Below are positions 30,720 through 42,327 of a stretch of 64,000 nt of DNA, in pieces (the first letter of the stretch is position 1; the number at the start of each line of letters is the position of its first letter). The stretch covers positions 480,001-544,000 of the forward strand of contig CAVUWA010000010.1 in the NCBI GenBank assembly GCA_963744995.1, given 5' to 3'. The stretch comes from Candidatus Eiseniibacteriota bacterium. GTDB taxonomy: Bacteria > Eisenbacteria > RBG-16-71-46. Under the pieces are notes generated by a model, which was given only the letters and a program-made list of their open reading frames with translations, made no database searches and was not told the origin of the DNA. A program made the position numbers and the translations under genes.

Positions 30720-32065
30720 TCCGTTTTTTTCCTGCGACTTGCCGTGTTCGCCACCCCCCGCGGGGCCCCCAGAACAGCCCCCCCGAGGGCTTCGATCCAG
30801 GCCTGATCCTGGGTGGCGACGAGGACCGGCGACACGGACGCACGCCGGGCCACCCGCTCGCCGACGGAAGCCCGCAGGGCCCCATCGAGGCCGGCGGTCG
30901 GCTCGTCGAGCAGGACGATGGAGGCCGGCGCGAGCAGCGCCCCCAGCACCCCGACCAGCCGCTTCTCACCCGCCGAGAGCGTCCAGCAGCGCCGCTCCAG
31001 GAACCCGTCGGGGTCGTCGACCACGTCCTCAAGCCATTGCCGAACAGTCGTTTGAGCATCCGGACCCGCCACCCCTCTGCGCACTGCAGCGTGCAGGATT
31101 TCGTCGCCCGCCCGCTCTTCGAAGATCTGCATTTCAGGGTACTGGGCGGCCATGATGGCCCGCGGGCCCGGCGCCGGATGGCGTCGGATCCGGACCTGGC
31201 GGAGTTCCATCAGCCCCGCGATCGCCGAGAGCAGCACGGTCTTGCCCGAGCCGTTCGGGCCCAGCACCGCCCGCAGCCCGGTGGCAGGCAGGACGAACTC
31301 CGTCAATCCGGGAATCCGGACGGCCGGGCCTTCGGCCGGTGGGTCCCCGACCCACCCTTCCACGGCGGCCGGCGCCCCGGTCGATCCCGTGTCCGCCGGG
31401 CGGGCGGTGGGCGGCGCGAGGACCCGCGGCGCCGCGCCGATCCGGATTTCGCGGTCGGCGGCGCGCCGCTCCGCCTCGTCCTGCGTGACCCACACCACGG
31501 CGAGGCCCTCACGCACCCGCTGCCGCACCGCGGCCAGGGCCAGCGCCCGGGCGTCCGCATCGAGATGGGCCCCGGGCTCATCGGCCACCAGCAGCTCCGG
31601 TGCGGCGGCGAGCGCGCCGGCCAGCAGGACGAGCTGGCGGCGCCCCGCGGACAGCGCGCGCGGGTCGCGGCCGAGCTCGGCGGCCAGGCCGAGCTCGAGG
31701 CTCAGGCGGTGCACGTCACGTTCGATCCCGGCCGGGGGCCGGTCGAGGTTGCGGGCGGCGAAGGCGATTTCGTCGCGCACCGTGGGCTGCAGGAGCTGGC
31801 TCGAAGGATCCTGGAAGATCACCGCCACACGGCGCCTGAGCGTGTCGTTCCCGGGCAGGAACGGGACGCCCGAGAGCCGCACCTCGCCCGCCGCGGCCGG
31901 CCAGAGGCCGGCGAGCGCCATCGCCAGCGAGGACTTGCCGCAGCCGTTGGCGCCGGTCAGCGCCAGCCACTCGCCCGCCGCGACCTCGAGCGACACGCCG
32001 CTGACCGCGGCGCGCCCGGCCCCGGGCGGCACGACGGCGAGCCCCCGGGCCTCGATGAGGTTCAC
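30716..32065 (-). CDS. ECF-type (CbiO/EcfA-like) duplicated ABC ATPase
   Basis: Two Walker A motifs (GANGCGKS, GPNGSGKT); FQDP...TVRDEIAF; LSAG signatures; DEP Walker B motifs; both H-loops read TQD. Confidence 0.8.
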   Translation of the reverse strand: MNLIEARGLAVVPPGAGRAAVSGVSLEVAAGEWLALTGANGCGKSSLAMALAGLWPAAAGEVRLSGVPFLPGNDTLRRRVAVIFQDPSSQLLQPTVRDEIAFAARNLDRPPAGIERDVHRLSLELGLAAELGRDPRALSAGRRQLVLLAGALAAAPELLVADEPGAHLDADARALALAAVRQRVREGLAVVWVTQDEAERRAADREIRIGAAPRVLAPPTARPADTGSTGAPAAVEGWVGDPPAEGPAVRIPGLTEFVLPATGLRAVLGPNGSGKTVLLSAIAGLMELRQVRIRRHPAPGPRAIMAAQYPEMQIFEERAGDEILHAAVRRGVAGPDAQTTVRQWLEDVVDDPDGFLERRCWTLSAGEKRLVGVLGALLAPASIVLLDEPTAGLDGALRASVGERVARRASVSPVLVATQDQAWIEALGGAVLGAPRGVANTASRRKKTD

Positions 32066-33267
32066 GACCCTTCCGGGTCCGGCGCTCCCGACGTCGCCCC
32101 CGCGGTCCATGCCTCGATCGCGGCCTGTGACACTTCGCGCAGCGGGCGGCCGGCGCGCTCCGAGACTTCGCGCACCGACTCGAATTCCGGCACCGGGCGC
32201 TCGCCGCCCTCGGGCAGCGTGGCGACCTTCACGCGTACCCGGCCGAAGGCGGTCGGCACCTCCACGATCCGGCGCTCGAGCTCGAAGCGCTCCTCGGTCC
32301 GAACCCGCACCCCGAGGGTCGACGTCTCGCGCATCATGAGCCCCGCGAGCTTCTCCGCCTGAGCAGGCTCGGCGACCACGACCAGCATCGTGCCCGGACG
32401 GCCCTTCTTCATGACGGTCGGCACCCACATCGCGTCGAGCGCACCCGCCGCGAGCAGTCGCGGCACCAGCGCCGCGACGAACTGCGGATTCTCGTCGTCC
32501 ACCGAGGTCTCCAGCACCGCGACCCGGCGCCGCGCGAGGATCGATACCTCAGCCTCCCCGAGCATCAGCCGCAGGACGTTCGGCTGCTCGGCGAGTTCGC
32601 GGCTCCCGGCCCCGGTTCCGACCCGGGCCAGGCGGTAGGCGGGCGGCGCGGCCCAGTCCTGGACCAGCGTCGCCAGCAGCGCCGCGCCGGTCGGCGTCAC
32701 CAGCTCGGCCTGGACCGCCGAGGGCACGACCGGCACGCCGCGCAACAGGTACGCGGTGGCCGGCGCCGGCACCGGGATCTTCCCGTGCTGCGACATCACC
32801 CAGCCGCCCCCGAGCGGCAGCGGCGACGCGAACACGCGCTCGATCCCCAGCGCATGGAGCCCCGCCACCGCACCCACGACGTCCACCAGCGCGTCGGCCG
32901 CGCCGACCTCGTGAAAGTGCACCTTTTCGACGGTCGAGCCGTGGACCTCGGCCTCGGCCTCGGCCAGCCGCCGGAACACCGCGTGCGCGCGTTCCTTCAC
33001 CGCGAACGGGAAGTCGGCGGCGTCGATGAGCGCGTCGACGTGGTGCAGGTGGCGATGCGGCTGCTTCGTCTCCGCCACCTCCACGTCCACCTTGGTGGCT
33101 GCGAACGGGCCGCGCCGGACCGGGTGGACGAGGACCTTCACGTGCTCGAGGCGCAGCCGGGCCGGCAGGGCCATGACCTCCGCGGCCGGCCAGCCGGCCG
33201 ACACCAGGGCGCCGAGGCACATGTCCCCGCTGATTCCCGAGAAGCAGTCGAAATAGGCGATCCGCAT
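32062..33267 (-). CDS. larC: Nickel pincer cofactor nickel insertase LarC
   Basis: MRIAYFDCFSGISGDM, HRHLHH, VHFHEVGAADA, PVPAPAT, ELVTPTGAA, MKKGRPG. Confidence 0.95.
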   Translation of the reverse strand: MRIAYFDCFSGISGDMCLGALVSAGWPAAEVMALPARLRLEHVKVLVHPVRRGPFAATKVDVEVAETKQPHRHLHHVDALIDAADFPFAVKERAHAVFRRLAEAEAEVHGSTVEKVHFHEVGAADALVDVVGAVAGLHALGIERVFASPLPLGGGWVMSQHGKIPVPAPATAYLLRGVPVVPSAVQAELVTPTGAALLATLVQDWAAPPAYRLARVGTGAGSRELAEQPNVLRLMLGEAEVSILARRRVAVLETSVDDENPQFVAALVPRLLAAGALDAMWVPTVMKKGRPGTMLVVVAEPAQAEKLAGLMMRETSTLGVRVRTEERFELERRIVEVPTAFGRVRVKVATLPEGGERPVPEFESVREVSERAGRPLREVSQAAIEAWTAGATSGAPDPEGS

Positions 33268-33281
33268 CGAGTCCCCCGCGT

Positions 33282-34043
33282 TCAGCGCCCGCGCCGCGCG
33301 CCGCCGGCATTGATCAGGTGCGCCGCGTAGCCGGCGCCGAAACCGTTGTCCACGTTCACGACCGTGACCCCGGGCGCGCACGAATTCATCATCGACAGCA
33401 GCGGCGCGAGGCCGCCGAAGTGCGCGCCGTAACCGATTCGCGTCGGCACCGCGATCAACGGCCGGTCCACGAGACCGCCCACGACGCTCGGCAGCGCGCC
33501 TTCGAGTCCCGCCACCACCACCACCACGCGCGCGGCGCCGAGCCTGGCGCGATGCGCGAGCAGGCGGTGGAGCCCCGCCACACCGACGTCGGCCACCAGT
33601 TCCACGCGGCTGCCCATCGTACGCGCCGTCACCACGCACTCCTCGGCCACCGGGAGATCCGCGGTCCCCGCGCACAGCACCAGCACGTTGCCGCGCGCGC
33701 GTGGCATGCGGCGCGCGAGCACCACCGCGCGCGCGCGGTCGTGCACCTGCGCGCGCGGAAACGTCCGCGCGAGCACCGCGCGGGCCTCGTCGCCGACCCG
33801 CGTGGCGAGCACCAGCCCGTGCCGCGCATAGAGCCGCCGCACGATCGCCACCAGCTCCGGCGTGCGCTTGCCCTCGCCGAACACCACCTCGGGAAACCCC
33901 GAACGCAGCGTGCGTTCGTGATCGAGCGTCGCGAAGCCGAGGCGCTCCATCGGCGCCTGCCGGATCTGCTGCGCCGCCTCGGCAGGGCTCACCTTCCCGC
34001 GCCGCACGCGGCCGAGCAGTGCCTTCAGCTCATCCGGACGCAA
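33282..34043 (-). CDS. larB: Nickel pincer cofactor biosynthesis protein LarB
   Basis: GFPEVVFGEGK, AGTADLPVAEE, DVGVAGLHRL, GLEGALPSVVGG, NSCAPGVTVVNVDNGFGAG. Confidence 0.95.
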   Translation of the reverse strand: MRPDELKALLGRVRRGKVSPAEAAQQIRQAPMERLGFATLDHERTLRSGFPEVVFGEGKRTPELVAIVRRLYARHGLVLATRVGDEARAVLARTFPRAQVHDRARAVVLARRMPRARGNVLVLCAGTADLPVAEECVVTARTMGSRVELVADVGVAGLHRLLAHRARLGAARVVVVVAGLEGALPSVVGGLVDRPLIAVPTRIGYGAHFGGLAPLLSMMNSCAPGVTVVNVDNGFGAGYAAHLINAGGARRGR

Positions 34044-35094
34044 CGGCGGTTCCGTGCGGCGCGTCGCCGGCCCCGGCGGGATCGTCCACGCCCCCCGCGG
34101 GCGGAGCCTCGCCGAGGCGCCTGAGCGCTTCGAGATAGGCGGCGAGCAGCTCGGTCATCTCTTCGACGGAGCGGGTCTGATTGATGCGCTCGCGCACCTG
34201 GTGGCTGCGCGGCAGACCCTTCACGTACCAGGCGACGTGCTTGCGCATCTCGCGCGCCGCAAGGCCCGGCCCCACGGCCTCGACCATCATGTCGAGGTGC
34301 TTGAGGCCCGCTTCGAGCCGCTCGATCGGCGTCGGCATCGGCAGCACTTCGCCGCGTTCGTGGTACGCGCGCACGCGGCGGAAGATCCAGGGATCGCCGA
34401 ACGCGGCACGCCCCATCATCACCGCGTCGCAGCCGGTCGTATCGAGCATCCGCAGGGCGTCCCCGGCCGAGCGCACGTCGCCGTTGCCGATCACCGGAAT
34501 GCCGACCGCCTTCTTCGCCTCGCCGATCATCTCCCAGTGCGCCTGCCCCTCGAACTTCTCGGCGCGGGTGCGCGCATGGATCGCCACCGCCTGCGCCCCG
34601 GCGCCCTCCAGCACCTTGCAGACCTCGACCACGTTCCGGGACTGGCCATCCCAGCCGAGACGGATCTTCGCGGTCACGGGCACCGTGCTGACCGCGGCCA
34701 TCCGGTTCACGATCGCGTGGATGCGCGGCGGTTCGTTGAGCAGTGCGGCGCCGGCCCTGCGGTTCACGACCTTGCGCACCGGGCAGCCCATGTTGATGTC
34801 GATGAGGTCGGGGCGCTGCCCGTCCGGAAGATCGCAGAGCACCCGCGTCGCGTCGGCCATGATCGCCGGATCGGAGCCGAACAGCTGAATGCCGATCGGA
34901 CGCTCGTGCGGTTCGAACGCGCACAGCTCGAACGTCGGCCGGCTGCCGCGCACCAGCCCGTCCGCCGACACCATTTCCGTATAGACCAGCCCCGCGCCCT
35001 GCTCGCGCGCCAGCCGGCGGAACGGCGAATCGCTCACGCCCGCGAGCGGGGCGAGCATGAACGGCGTCTCGATGGGGACGTTTCCGATGGGCAT
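34030..35094 (-). CDS. dusB: tRNA-dihydrouridine synthase B
   Basis: LAPLAGVSD, YTEMVS, IDINMGCP, KIRLGW, HART, GNGDV, EMRKH. Confidence 0.93.
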   Translation of the reverse strand: MPIGNVPIETPFMLAPLAGVSDSPFRRLAREQGAGLVYTEMVSADGLVRGSRPTFELCAFEPHERPIGIQLFGSDPAIMADATRVLCDLPDGQRPDLIDINMGCPVRKVVNRRAGAALLNEPPRIHAIVNRMAAVSTVPVTAKIRLGWDGQSRNVVEVCKVLEGAGAQAVAIHARTRAEKFEGQAHWEMIGEAKKAVGIPVIGNGDVRSAGDALRMLDTTGCDAVMMGRAAFGDPWIFRRVRAYHERGEVLPMPTPIERLEAGLKHLDMMVEAVGPGLAAREMRKHVAWYVKGLPRSHQVRERINQTRSVEEMTELLAAYLEALRRLGEAPPAGGVDDPAGAGDAPHGTAVASG

Positions 35095-35202
35095 GGCGTT
35101 CCTGCGGGACGGGTTTGGGACCGGGCCGGGAAGCATGCCAGAGCCCCGCGGCGGGTGTCCATCCGGCGCAAGGCAGGGGCCCCCCGTCGGTCCGACCTGA
35201 GT

Positions 35203-35883
35203 TCAGCCCCCCTGGGGCGCGCTCCCCGACCCCGCCACCGAGCGCGCCCAGGCGGCGACCTCCGCGAAGTCCGCGATCGCGTGCACGGGAATGCCCTGGC
35301 GCCGGCACCATTCGAGCAGCGCGCCGCGCGCCAGCACGAGGTCGGCCACGCGCGCGCCGCAGCGGTCCGAGAGCCCGTCGCCGACCAGCACCGTGCGAAA
35401 GCCCTCGGCGCGCAGCCGGGCCACGTGCTGCGCCTTGCAGTTACCGCATGCACCGCAGCCCGCGGCGCCCCACGGGAACTCGGGGATCACCCGGCTCCCC
35501 TCGAACCGCAGCCGGTTGGCGGCGAACGGCAGATCGGCGAGCCCCGCGCGGGCGAGATGGTCGGCCACGTAGAACTCGAAGCCCTCGCTCACCACCAGCA
35601 CGCGCTCGCCGCGGGCCTCCGCTTCCGCCACGAACGGCGCGAAGTGCGGGTCCAGCTCGAAGCGGCGCACGAACGCCAGGGCCTCGTCGCGCTCCACGCG
35701 CATGAGCTCGCACTCGGCGATCGTGAGCTCACGGTGGCCGAGAGCGCCCGACATCCAGCGCTCGAGCAGCGCCGCGCGTTCCCCGTCACGCCCGTCCGAG
35801 AAGCGCTTCACGAGTGCGGCACCGATGTCCCGCGGGGAGATCGTGCCGTCGAAGTCGCAGAGGTACGCGGTGCGGCCGGTCAC
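35203..35883 (-). CDS. MtnX-like HAD-IB phosphatase
   Basis: CDFDGT, VVSEG, CGACGNCK, VGDGLSDRC. GTG 35883 overlaps the upstream stop. Confidence 0.85.
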   Translation of the reverse strand: MTGRTAYLCDFDGTISPRDIGAALVKRFSDGRDGERAALLERWMSGALGHRELTIAECELMRVERDEALAFVRRFELDPHFAPFVAEAEARGERVLVVSEGFEFYVADHLARAGLADLPFAANRLRFEGSRVIPEFPWGAAGCGACGNCKAQHVARLRAEGFRTVLVGDGLSDRCGARVADLVLARGALLEWCRRQGIPVHAIADFAEVAAWARSVAGSGSAPQGG

Positions 35884-37475
35884 TCGCCGGCGGCGCGCCG
35901 CTCCGGCACGTCCGCATCGCTGGAAATGCCGGCGAACACGTCGGCGGGCCTGCGTGCCCCGGTCAGGATCCGGTGGGCGCGCTGGAACGCCGCATCTTCC
36001 TCGAGCACGACCCGCGCCGCGGCGGCGTCGCCGCCGAGCCGGCGTGCGAGTTCGCGCCGGATGGCGCGTGCGATCATCGGCCGCTGCGCGTCGAAGGCCG
36101 CGACGTCGACCGAATCGTTCTCGCCCTGCACGAACGCCTTGAATGCGCTCCACTGCTCCGCGGGCACCCGCTTCTCGATCGTCGTCACGTCGTGCGTGTT
36201 GATCCAGCGGTTGGCGAAGCGGAACGGCAGGCCGAGCTGCTCGACCTGCATCACCACCGGCGGCAGCGAGTCGAGCGGCACCTCGACGTCCGGCGTGATG
36301 CCGCCGCCACCGTAGACCGTGCGCCCGTCGGCGGTGTGGAACACGGGCCGCGACGCGGTCGAATCTCCGGGCGTCTCTTCCTCTTCCTCGTCCTCGTAGG
36401 CGACGTGATGCGCGCCGGCGCGGTCCTGGCGGTGGATCGAACGGCCGCTCGGCGTGTAGTAGAGCGCCGTCGTGAGCTTCAGGGCCGCCTTGTCGCCCGC
36501 CAGCGGGAACAGGCTCTGCACCGAGCCCTTGCCGAAGCTGGTGCGGCCGACGACGAGGCCGCGATCGGTGTCCTGCAGCGCGCCGGCGACGATCTCCGAC
36601 GCGGACGCCGTGCCGCCGTCCACCAGCACGACCAGCGGCCAGCGGGTCTCGGGGTTGCGTTCGTTGGCGAAGTAGCGGTGGTCCTGCTCGCGGATGCGGC
36701 CATCGGTGTAGACGATCAGCGTGCCGCGCGGCAGGAACTGCTCGGCCACGTCGACGGCCTGATCGAGCAGGCCTCCGGGATTCATGCGCAGATCGAGCAC
36801 CAGGCTCCTGGCGCCATCCTTGCGCAGCTGCGCCATTGCCTCGCGGGTCTCCTCGCCGGTCTTCTCGGAGAAGCTCGCGAGCCTCAGGTAGCCGACGCGA
36901 TCATCGGTCACGAACGCGTACGGCACCGCCTTGGTCTCGATGATCCGGCGCTCGAGCTTCACGTCGCGCTCGCTGGACTGACCCTCGCGGCGCAGGGTGA
37001 CCGTCACCGTGGTCCCCGGCTTGCCGCGCAGCTTGTCGGCGGCGTCCTCGACCGAGATGTCGTAGCTCGATTTGCCGTCGATCTTGACGATGATGTCGCC
37101 GGAGGCGAGGCCGGCCTCCCAGGCGGGCGAGCCTTCGATCGGCGAGATCACCGTCGGGTAGCGGTTGCGGATGCTCACGACGATGCCGATCCCGCCGAAT
37201 TCGCCGTGCGTGACCGTCGTCAGCTGCGCGTAGGACTTCTCGTCGAGGTACTGCGAGTAGGGGTCGAGCTCCTTGAGCATCCCGCGCAGTGCGCCGTCGA
37301 CGAGCTGGTGCGGGTCCACCGGGTCGACGTAGCTGTCCTCGACGCGGTTCAGGACCTCGACGAACGTGTCGAGGTTCCCGTACATGTCGTTCGAAGCCTT
37401 GCCGCGGCCGACCCACCAGCCGAGACCGAACAGCACGACGAACGCGATGCCGAGCAGCAGACGCCGACGATTCAA
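35880..37475 (-). CDS. ctpA: Carboxyl-terminal processing protease (S41A)
   Basis: LDPYS, PDZ GGIGI, DLRMNPGGLL, TASASEI, SFGKGSVQ, YYTPSGRSI; TTG start with GGAGG RBS. Confidence 0.93.
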   Translation of the reverse strand: MNRRRLLLGIAFVVLFGLGWWVGRGKASNDMYGNLDTFVEVLNRVEDSYVDPVDPHQLVDGALRGMLKELDPYSQYLDEKSYAQLTTVTHGEFGGIGIVVSIRNRYPTVISPIEGSPAWEAGLASGDIIVKIDGKSSYDISVEDAADKLRGKPGTTVTVTLRREGQSSERDVKLERRIIETKAVPYAFVTDDRVGYLRLASFSEKTGEETREAMAQLRKDGARSLVLDLRMNPGGLLDQAVDVAEQFLPRGTLIVYTDGRIREQDHRYFANERNPETRWPLVVLVDGGTASASEIVAGALQDTDRGLVVGRTSFGKGSVQSLFPLAGDKAALKLTTALYYTPSGRSIHRQDRAGAHHVAYEDEEEEETPGDSTASRPVFHTADGRTVYGGGGITPDVEVPLDSLPPVVMQVEQLGLPFRFANRWINTHDVTTIEKRVPAEQWSAFKAFVQGENDSVDVAAFDAQRPMIARAIRRELARRLGGDAAAARVVLEEDAAFQRAHRILTGARRPADVFAGISSDADVPERRAAGE

Positions 37476-37653
37476 GTGTCCTCCAGCGCTCCGGCCCGAT
37501 GGGCCCGCGAAGCTCTCCGCGGCGCCCCCGCGCGCCACGCATGTGTTCGTTTCGACGCGCGCCGGCGTCGCGGGAAGCGCGGAATATAGCACAGGGTTTC
37601 GGCGCTTCCGCTCGGCGCGGCCAGCCCGAACCGGCCAACACGGCACCCGGGCG

Positions 37654-38307
37654 TCAGGACTTTGGCAACCCTGCGCCGATCGCCCGCAGCCGCGTCTCGA
37701 GAACCTCCCAGGCATGGCGCTCGAGGTCGGCCTCGGGCTCGGTCGCGTCCAGCACCACGAAGCGTTCGGGGCGGGCCGCCGCCAGTTCGAGAAAGCGCGC
37801 CCGCACGCGCTCGTGGAACGCGCGCGACTCACGGTCGAGGCGGTTCATCTCCCGGCCCGATCCGCTGCGTCGCTCGAGTCCGCGCCCGGGATCGATGTCG
37901 TAGAGCAGTGTGAGATCGGGCACGAGACCGCCGGTCGCAATGCGGTTGAGCGTCGCCAGCATGTCCGGGTCGAGTCCGCGCCCGGCCCCCTGATAGGCCA
38001 GCGTCGAGTCATCGTACCGGTCGCAGAGGATCACGCGTCCCGCCGCGAGCGCCGGTCGCAGCACGCGGGCGACGAGATCGGCACGCGCCGCTTCCATGAG
38101 CAGCGCCTCGGCGAGCGGCTCGGGCGCACCGCCCGGATCGAGCAGCACGTCGCGCACCCGCTCGGCCAGCGGCGTGCCACCCGGCTCGCGCGTGCGCAGC
38201 GGCGCGATGCCGGCCGCCTCGAGGCGCGCTGCGAGCCGCGCGATCTGCGTGGACTTTCCGGAGCCTTCGCCGCCTTCGAAGGTGACGAACAGACCGCGTG
38301 CGTTCAT
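37654..38307 (-). CDS. tmk: Thymidylate kinase
   Basis: FVTFEGGEGSGKSTQ, TREPGGT, CDRYDDSTLAYQG. Confidence 0.96.
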   Translation of the reverse strand: MNARGLFVTFEGGEGSGKSTQIARLAARLEAAGIAPLRTREPGGTPLAERVRDVLLDPGGAPEPLAEALLMEAARADLVARVLRPALAAGRVILCDRYDDSTLAYQGAGRGLDPDMLATLNRIATGGLVPDLTLLYDIDPGRGLERRSGSGREMNRLDRESRAFHERVRARFLELAAARPERFVVLDATEPEADLERHAWEVLETRLRAIGAGLPKS

Positions 38308-38415
38308 CGGCCCTCCCGGCCGCGATTCGGAACGGCCGGCGCGCGGCGGACGCCCGAAACGCCCGCCCGATACGCGCCGGCCGTGGACGGCGATCGCCTC
38401 ACGCGACCGCCGGGC

Positions 38416-39678
<1,263 letters not shown>

Positions 39679-39690
39679 GGGTAAGGCCTC

Positions 39691-40413
39691 CTATGGATCC
39701 AGTCCCGCACCGCGGGTGTTCTTGTGAACGTGAGTCATGCGCTGCAGCGTCGTCACGAACGACATGATCGTGAGGATCAGCAGCGCCCACGGCATGACCG
39801 GGCCGACGCCGAAGAGCCCGGCCACGATCAGCAGCACCAGGCGCTCCGGCCGCTCGAACCAGCCGACCTTGCAGTCGAGCCCGAGCCCTTCGGCGCGCGC
39901 CCGCGTATACGACACCATCAGTGAACCGATCAGCGCGAGCATCGCGAGCAGGGCCACGAGCGCCCAGGTCCGCGGCTCGATGCCACGGTCGAAATCCTCC
40001 ATCACGCGGATCGGATCGGTCGGCAGCTGCACGAGATTCGCGATGTAGAACCCGGCGATGCCGAGCAGCAGCACGGCGTCCGAGAGCCGGTCGAGCGTGG
40101 AGTCGAGGAACGCGCCGAAGCGCGAGGTCGCCCCGCGGGCCCGGGCGATCTGGCCGTCCATGATGTCGCACAGCCCGCTCAGAATCGCGATCCCGGCGCC
40201 GATCCTGAACAGGCCTTCGAAGAAGGCGAGCGCCGCGGCCATGCTGAGCCAGAAGCCGAGCCACGTCACGTGATCGGGCTGGACGCCGAGCGCGTGCAGG
40301 CGCCGGGCGGGCGGTCCGAAAATCGCCCGAGCCAGCTGCCGCAGCCGATCCTTCATCCTCGCCTGCCCTTCGGAACGCGGCGCGCCGGCGGCGGTGAACG
40401 GCGCTCCGCTCAT
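39691..40413 (-). CDS. CDP-alcohol phosphatidyltransferase, probable phosphatidylinositol-phosphate synthase
   Basis: DIMDGQIAR...FGAFLDSTLDR, VSYTRARAE, GWFERPER; adjacent to ino1. Start is 40413 or 40356. Confidence 0.85.
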   Translation of the reverse strand: MSGAPFTAAGAPRSEGQARMKDRLRQLARAIFGPPARRLHALGVQPDHVTWLGFWLSMAAALAFFEGLFRIGAGIAILSGLCDIMDGQIARARGATSRFGAFLDSTLDRLSDAVLLLGIAGFYIANLVQLPTDPIRVMEDFDRGIEPRTWALVALLAMLALIGSLMVSYTRARAEGLGLDCKVGWFERPERLVLLIVAGLFGVGPVMPWALLILTIMSFVTTLQRMTHVHKNTRGAGLDP

Positions 40414-41174
40414 CGTCCGTCTCCGCGCATCTTCCTGTGTTTCGCCTCCCGCCTCGAGAGGCCGCTCAGCACCAGAACCATTTCACCCCTGCGCTTGTCC
40501 GCGGTCAACGCCGCACGCACCTCGGCGGCCGTCCCGCGCAGCACTTCCTCGTGCGCCTTCGTCAATTCGCGGGCGAGCGCGATCGGGCGCTCGCCCCACA
40601 CCGCTTCCAGATCGTCGAGGCACCGCTCGATGCGATGCGGCGACTCGAACACCACCACCGTCTCCCGCCGGGTGCTCAGCTCGGTGAGCCGGTTCACCCG
40701 CGCCCCCGGACGCGGCGGCAGGAACCCCGCGAACGTGAAGGCGTCCGTGGGCAGGCCGCTGACCTGCAGCGCCGCGATTACCGCGCTCGCGCCCGGCACG
40801 CTTTCGACCGCGAGACCGGCCTCGATCACCGCGCGCACCAGCGGAAACCCGGGATCGCTCACGCCGGGCGAGCCCGCGTCGGTCACGATCGCGATCGTCG
40901 CCCCATTCTCGAGCCGCTTCACGAACGCCGGACTCCTCGCCCGCTCGTTGTGCTCGAACAGCTTCGTCACGGGAGTGTCGATGCCGAAATGGTCGAGCAG
41001 CCGGCGCGTGCGGCGCGTGTCCTCCGCGGCGATCAGGTCGACCGCGGCCAGCACGTCCAGCGCCCGCCGCGTGATGTCGCCCAGATGACCGATCGGCGTG
41101 GCGACCAGGTACAGTGTTCCGGGCGCCACGATGCGGCTGGACTCGCTCAACTCCGCACCCCGCGTGCGCGACAT
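40410..41174 (-). CDS. rsmI: 16S rRNA (cytidine1402-2'-O)-methyltransferase
   Basis: LYLVATPIG, AAEDTR, DAGSPGVSDPG, FESPHR, ARELTKAHEE. Confidence 0.95.
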   Translation of the reverse strand: MSRTRGAELSESSRIVAPGTLYLVATPIGHLGDITRRALDVLAAVDLIAAEDTRRTRRLLDHFGIDTPVTKLFEHNERARSPAFVKRLENGATIAIVTDAGSPGVSDPGFPLVRAVIEAGLAVESVPGASAVIAALQVSGLPTDAFTFAGFLPPRPGARVNRLTELSTRRETVVVFESPHRIERCLDDLEAVWGERPIALARELTKAHEEVLRGTAAEVRAALTADKRRGEMVLVLSGLSRREAKHRKMRGDGR

Positions 41175-41253
41175 CCGGTGCACGCCTCCCCCGTCCCGAA
41201 GAGCCGCCGCACGGTAGCACGGCCCCTGGGTGTCGTCCATCCTCGCGCCGCGC

Positions 41254-42327
41254 TCAGGCGCGCGCTCCGCGTGCAAGTGCGGCATGATCACCGAGAACGG
41301 CGTGGAACGCGGCGATGGCGCGCTCGATCCCGTCGTCGTCCACGTCGAGATGGGCGACCGCCCGCAGCCGCCGCGCGTCGAACGCCGGCACCCGGACGCC
41401 GCGCGCCTCCAGCGCTTCGGCCAGCGCCTCGCCGCCGAGCCCCGGATCGGTGAGCTCGATCATGACGATGTTGGTGTCGGGCTCGGGCACATGAATGCCG
41501 GGGGCGCCGGCGAGCCCCGCCGCGAGGCGGCGCGCGCGGCGATGGTCGTCGGCCAGGCGCTCGACGTGGGCGTCGAGGGCGTACAGGCACGCCGCCGCCA
41601 GTACGCCGGCCTGGCGCATCGCTCCGCCGAGGCGCTTGCGATGACGCCGGGCGGCGCGGATCGTCTTCGCTTCGCCCACGAGGATCGAACCCACGGGCGC
41701 GCCGAGCCCCTTCGAGAAGCACATCATCACGGTGTCGGCGATCCCCGCCCAGTCGCGGATCGGAATACCGGTCGCGACGCTCGCGTTCCACAGTCGGGCC
41801 CCGTCCAGATGGACGGCAAGGCCCGCCGCGCGTGCGGTCTTCCCGAAACGTGCGAGCGGCTCGAAGGGCACGACGCGGCCGCCGTGCCGGTTGTGCGTGT
41901 TCTCGACGCAGGCGAGGGTGAGCGGCGCGACGTGCTCGTCCACGTGGCGGCCGACCGTGAGACGCTCGATGAGATCCGCGGGCGGGGTGCCGCGCTCGCT
42001 CGCGTAGATGTGGGCGAGCGCGCCCGCGTTCGCGGCGACCCCGCCCTGCTCGTAGCGGAAGATGTGCGAATCCGCTTCCAGCAGCACTTCATCGCCCGGC
42101 CGCGTGTGCGCCATGACCGCGATCTGATTCCCCATCGTGCCGCTCGGCACGTAGACCGCGGCTGCCTTGCCGCTGAGTTCGGCGACCCGCGCTTCGAGCG
42201 CGCGCACGGTCGGGTCGTCACCGAAGACGTCGTCCCCGACCTCGGCCCGCAGCATCGCTTCGAGCATCGCGGGCGTGGGTCGGGTGACGGTATCGGAGCG
42301 CAGATCGACGGCGGTGGTCGTGGTCAT
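41254..42327 (-). CDS. ltaE: Low-specificity L-threonine aldolase
   Basis: DLRSDTVT, GDDVFGDDP, SGTMGN, HLDGARLWNA, CFSKGLGAP, GGAMRQAG. Confidence 0.93.
   Translation of the reverse strand: MTTTTAVDLRSDTVTRPTPAMLEAMLRAEVGDDVFGDDPTVRALEARVAELSGKAAAVYVPSGTMGNQIAVMAHTRPGDEVLLEADSHIFRYEQGGVAANAGALAHIYASERGTPPADLIERLTVGRHVDEHVAPLTLACVENTHNRHGGRVVPFEPLARFGKTARAAGLAVHLDGARLWNASVATGIPIRDWAGIADTVMMCFSKGLGAPVGSILVGEAKTIRAARRHRKRLGGAMRQAGVLAAACLYALDAHVERLADDHRRARRLAAGLAGAPGIHVPEPDTNIVMIELTDPGLGGEALAEALEARGVRVPAFDARRLRAVAHLDVDDDGIERAIAAFHAVLGDHAALARGARA

Noticed and set aside
35203..35883. Methionine salvage mtnX assignment
   Set aside because: No other mtn genes are in the window; only a family-level call is supported.
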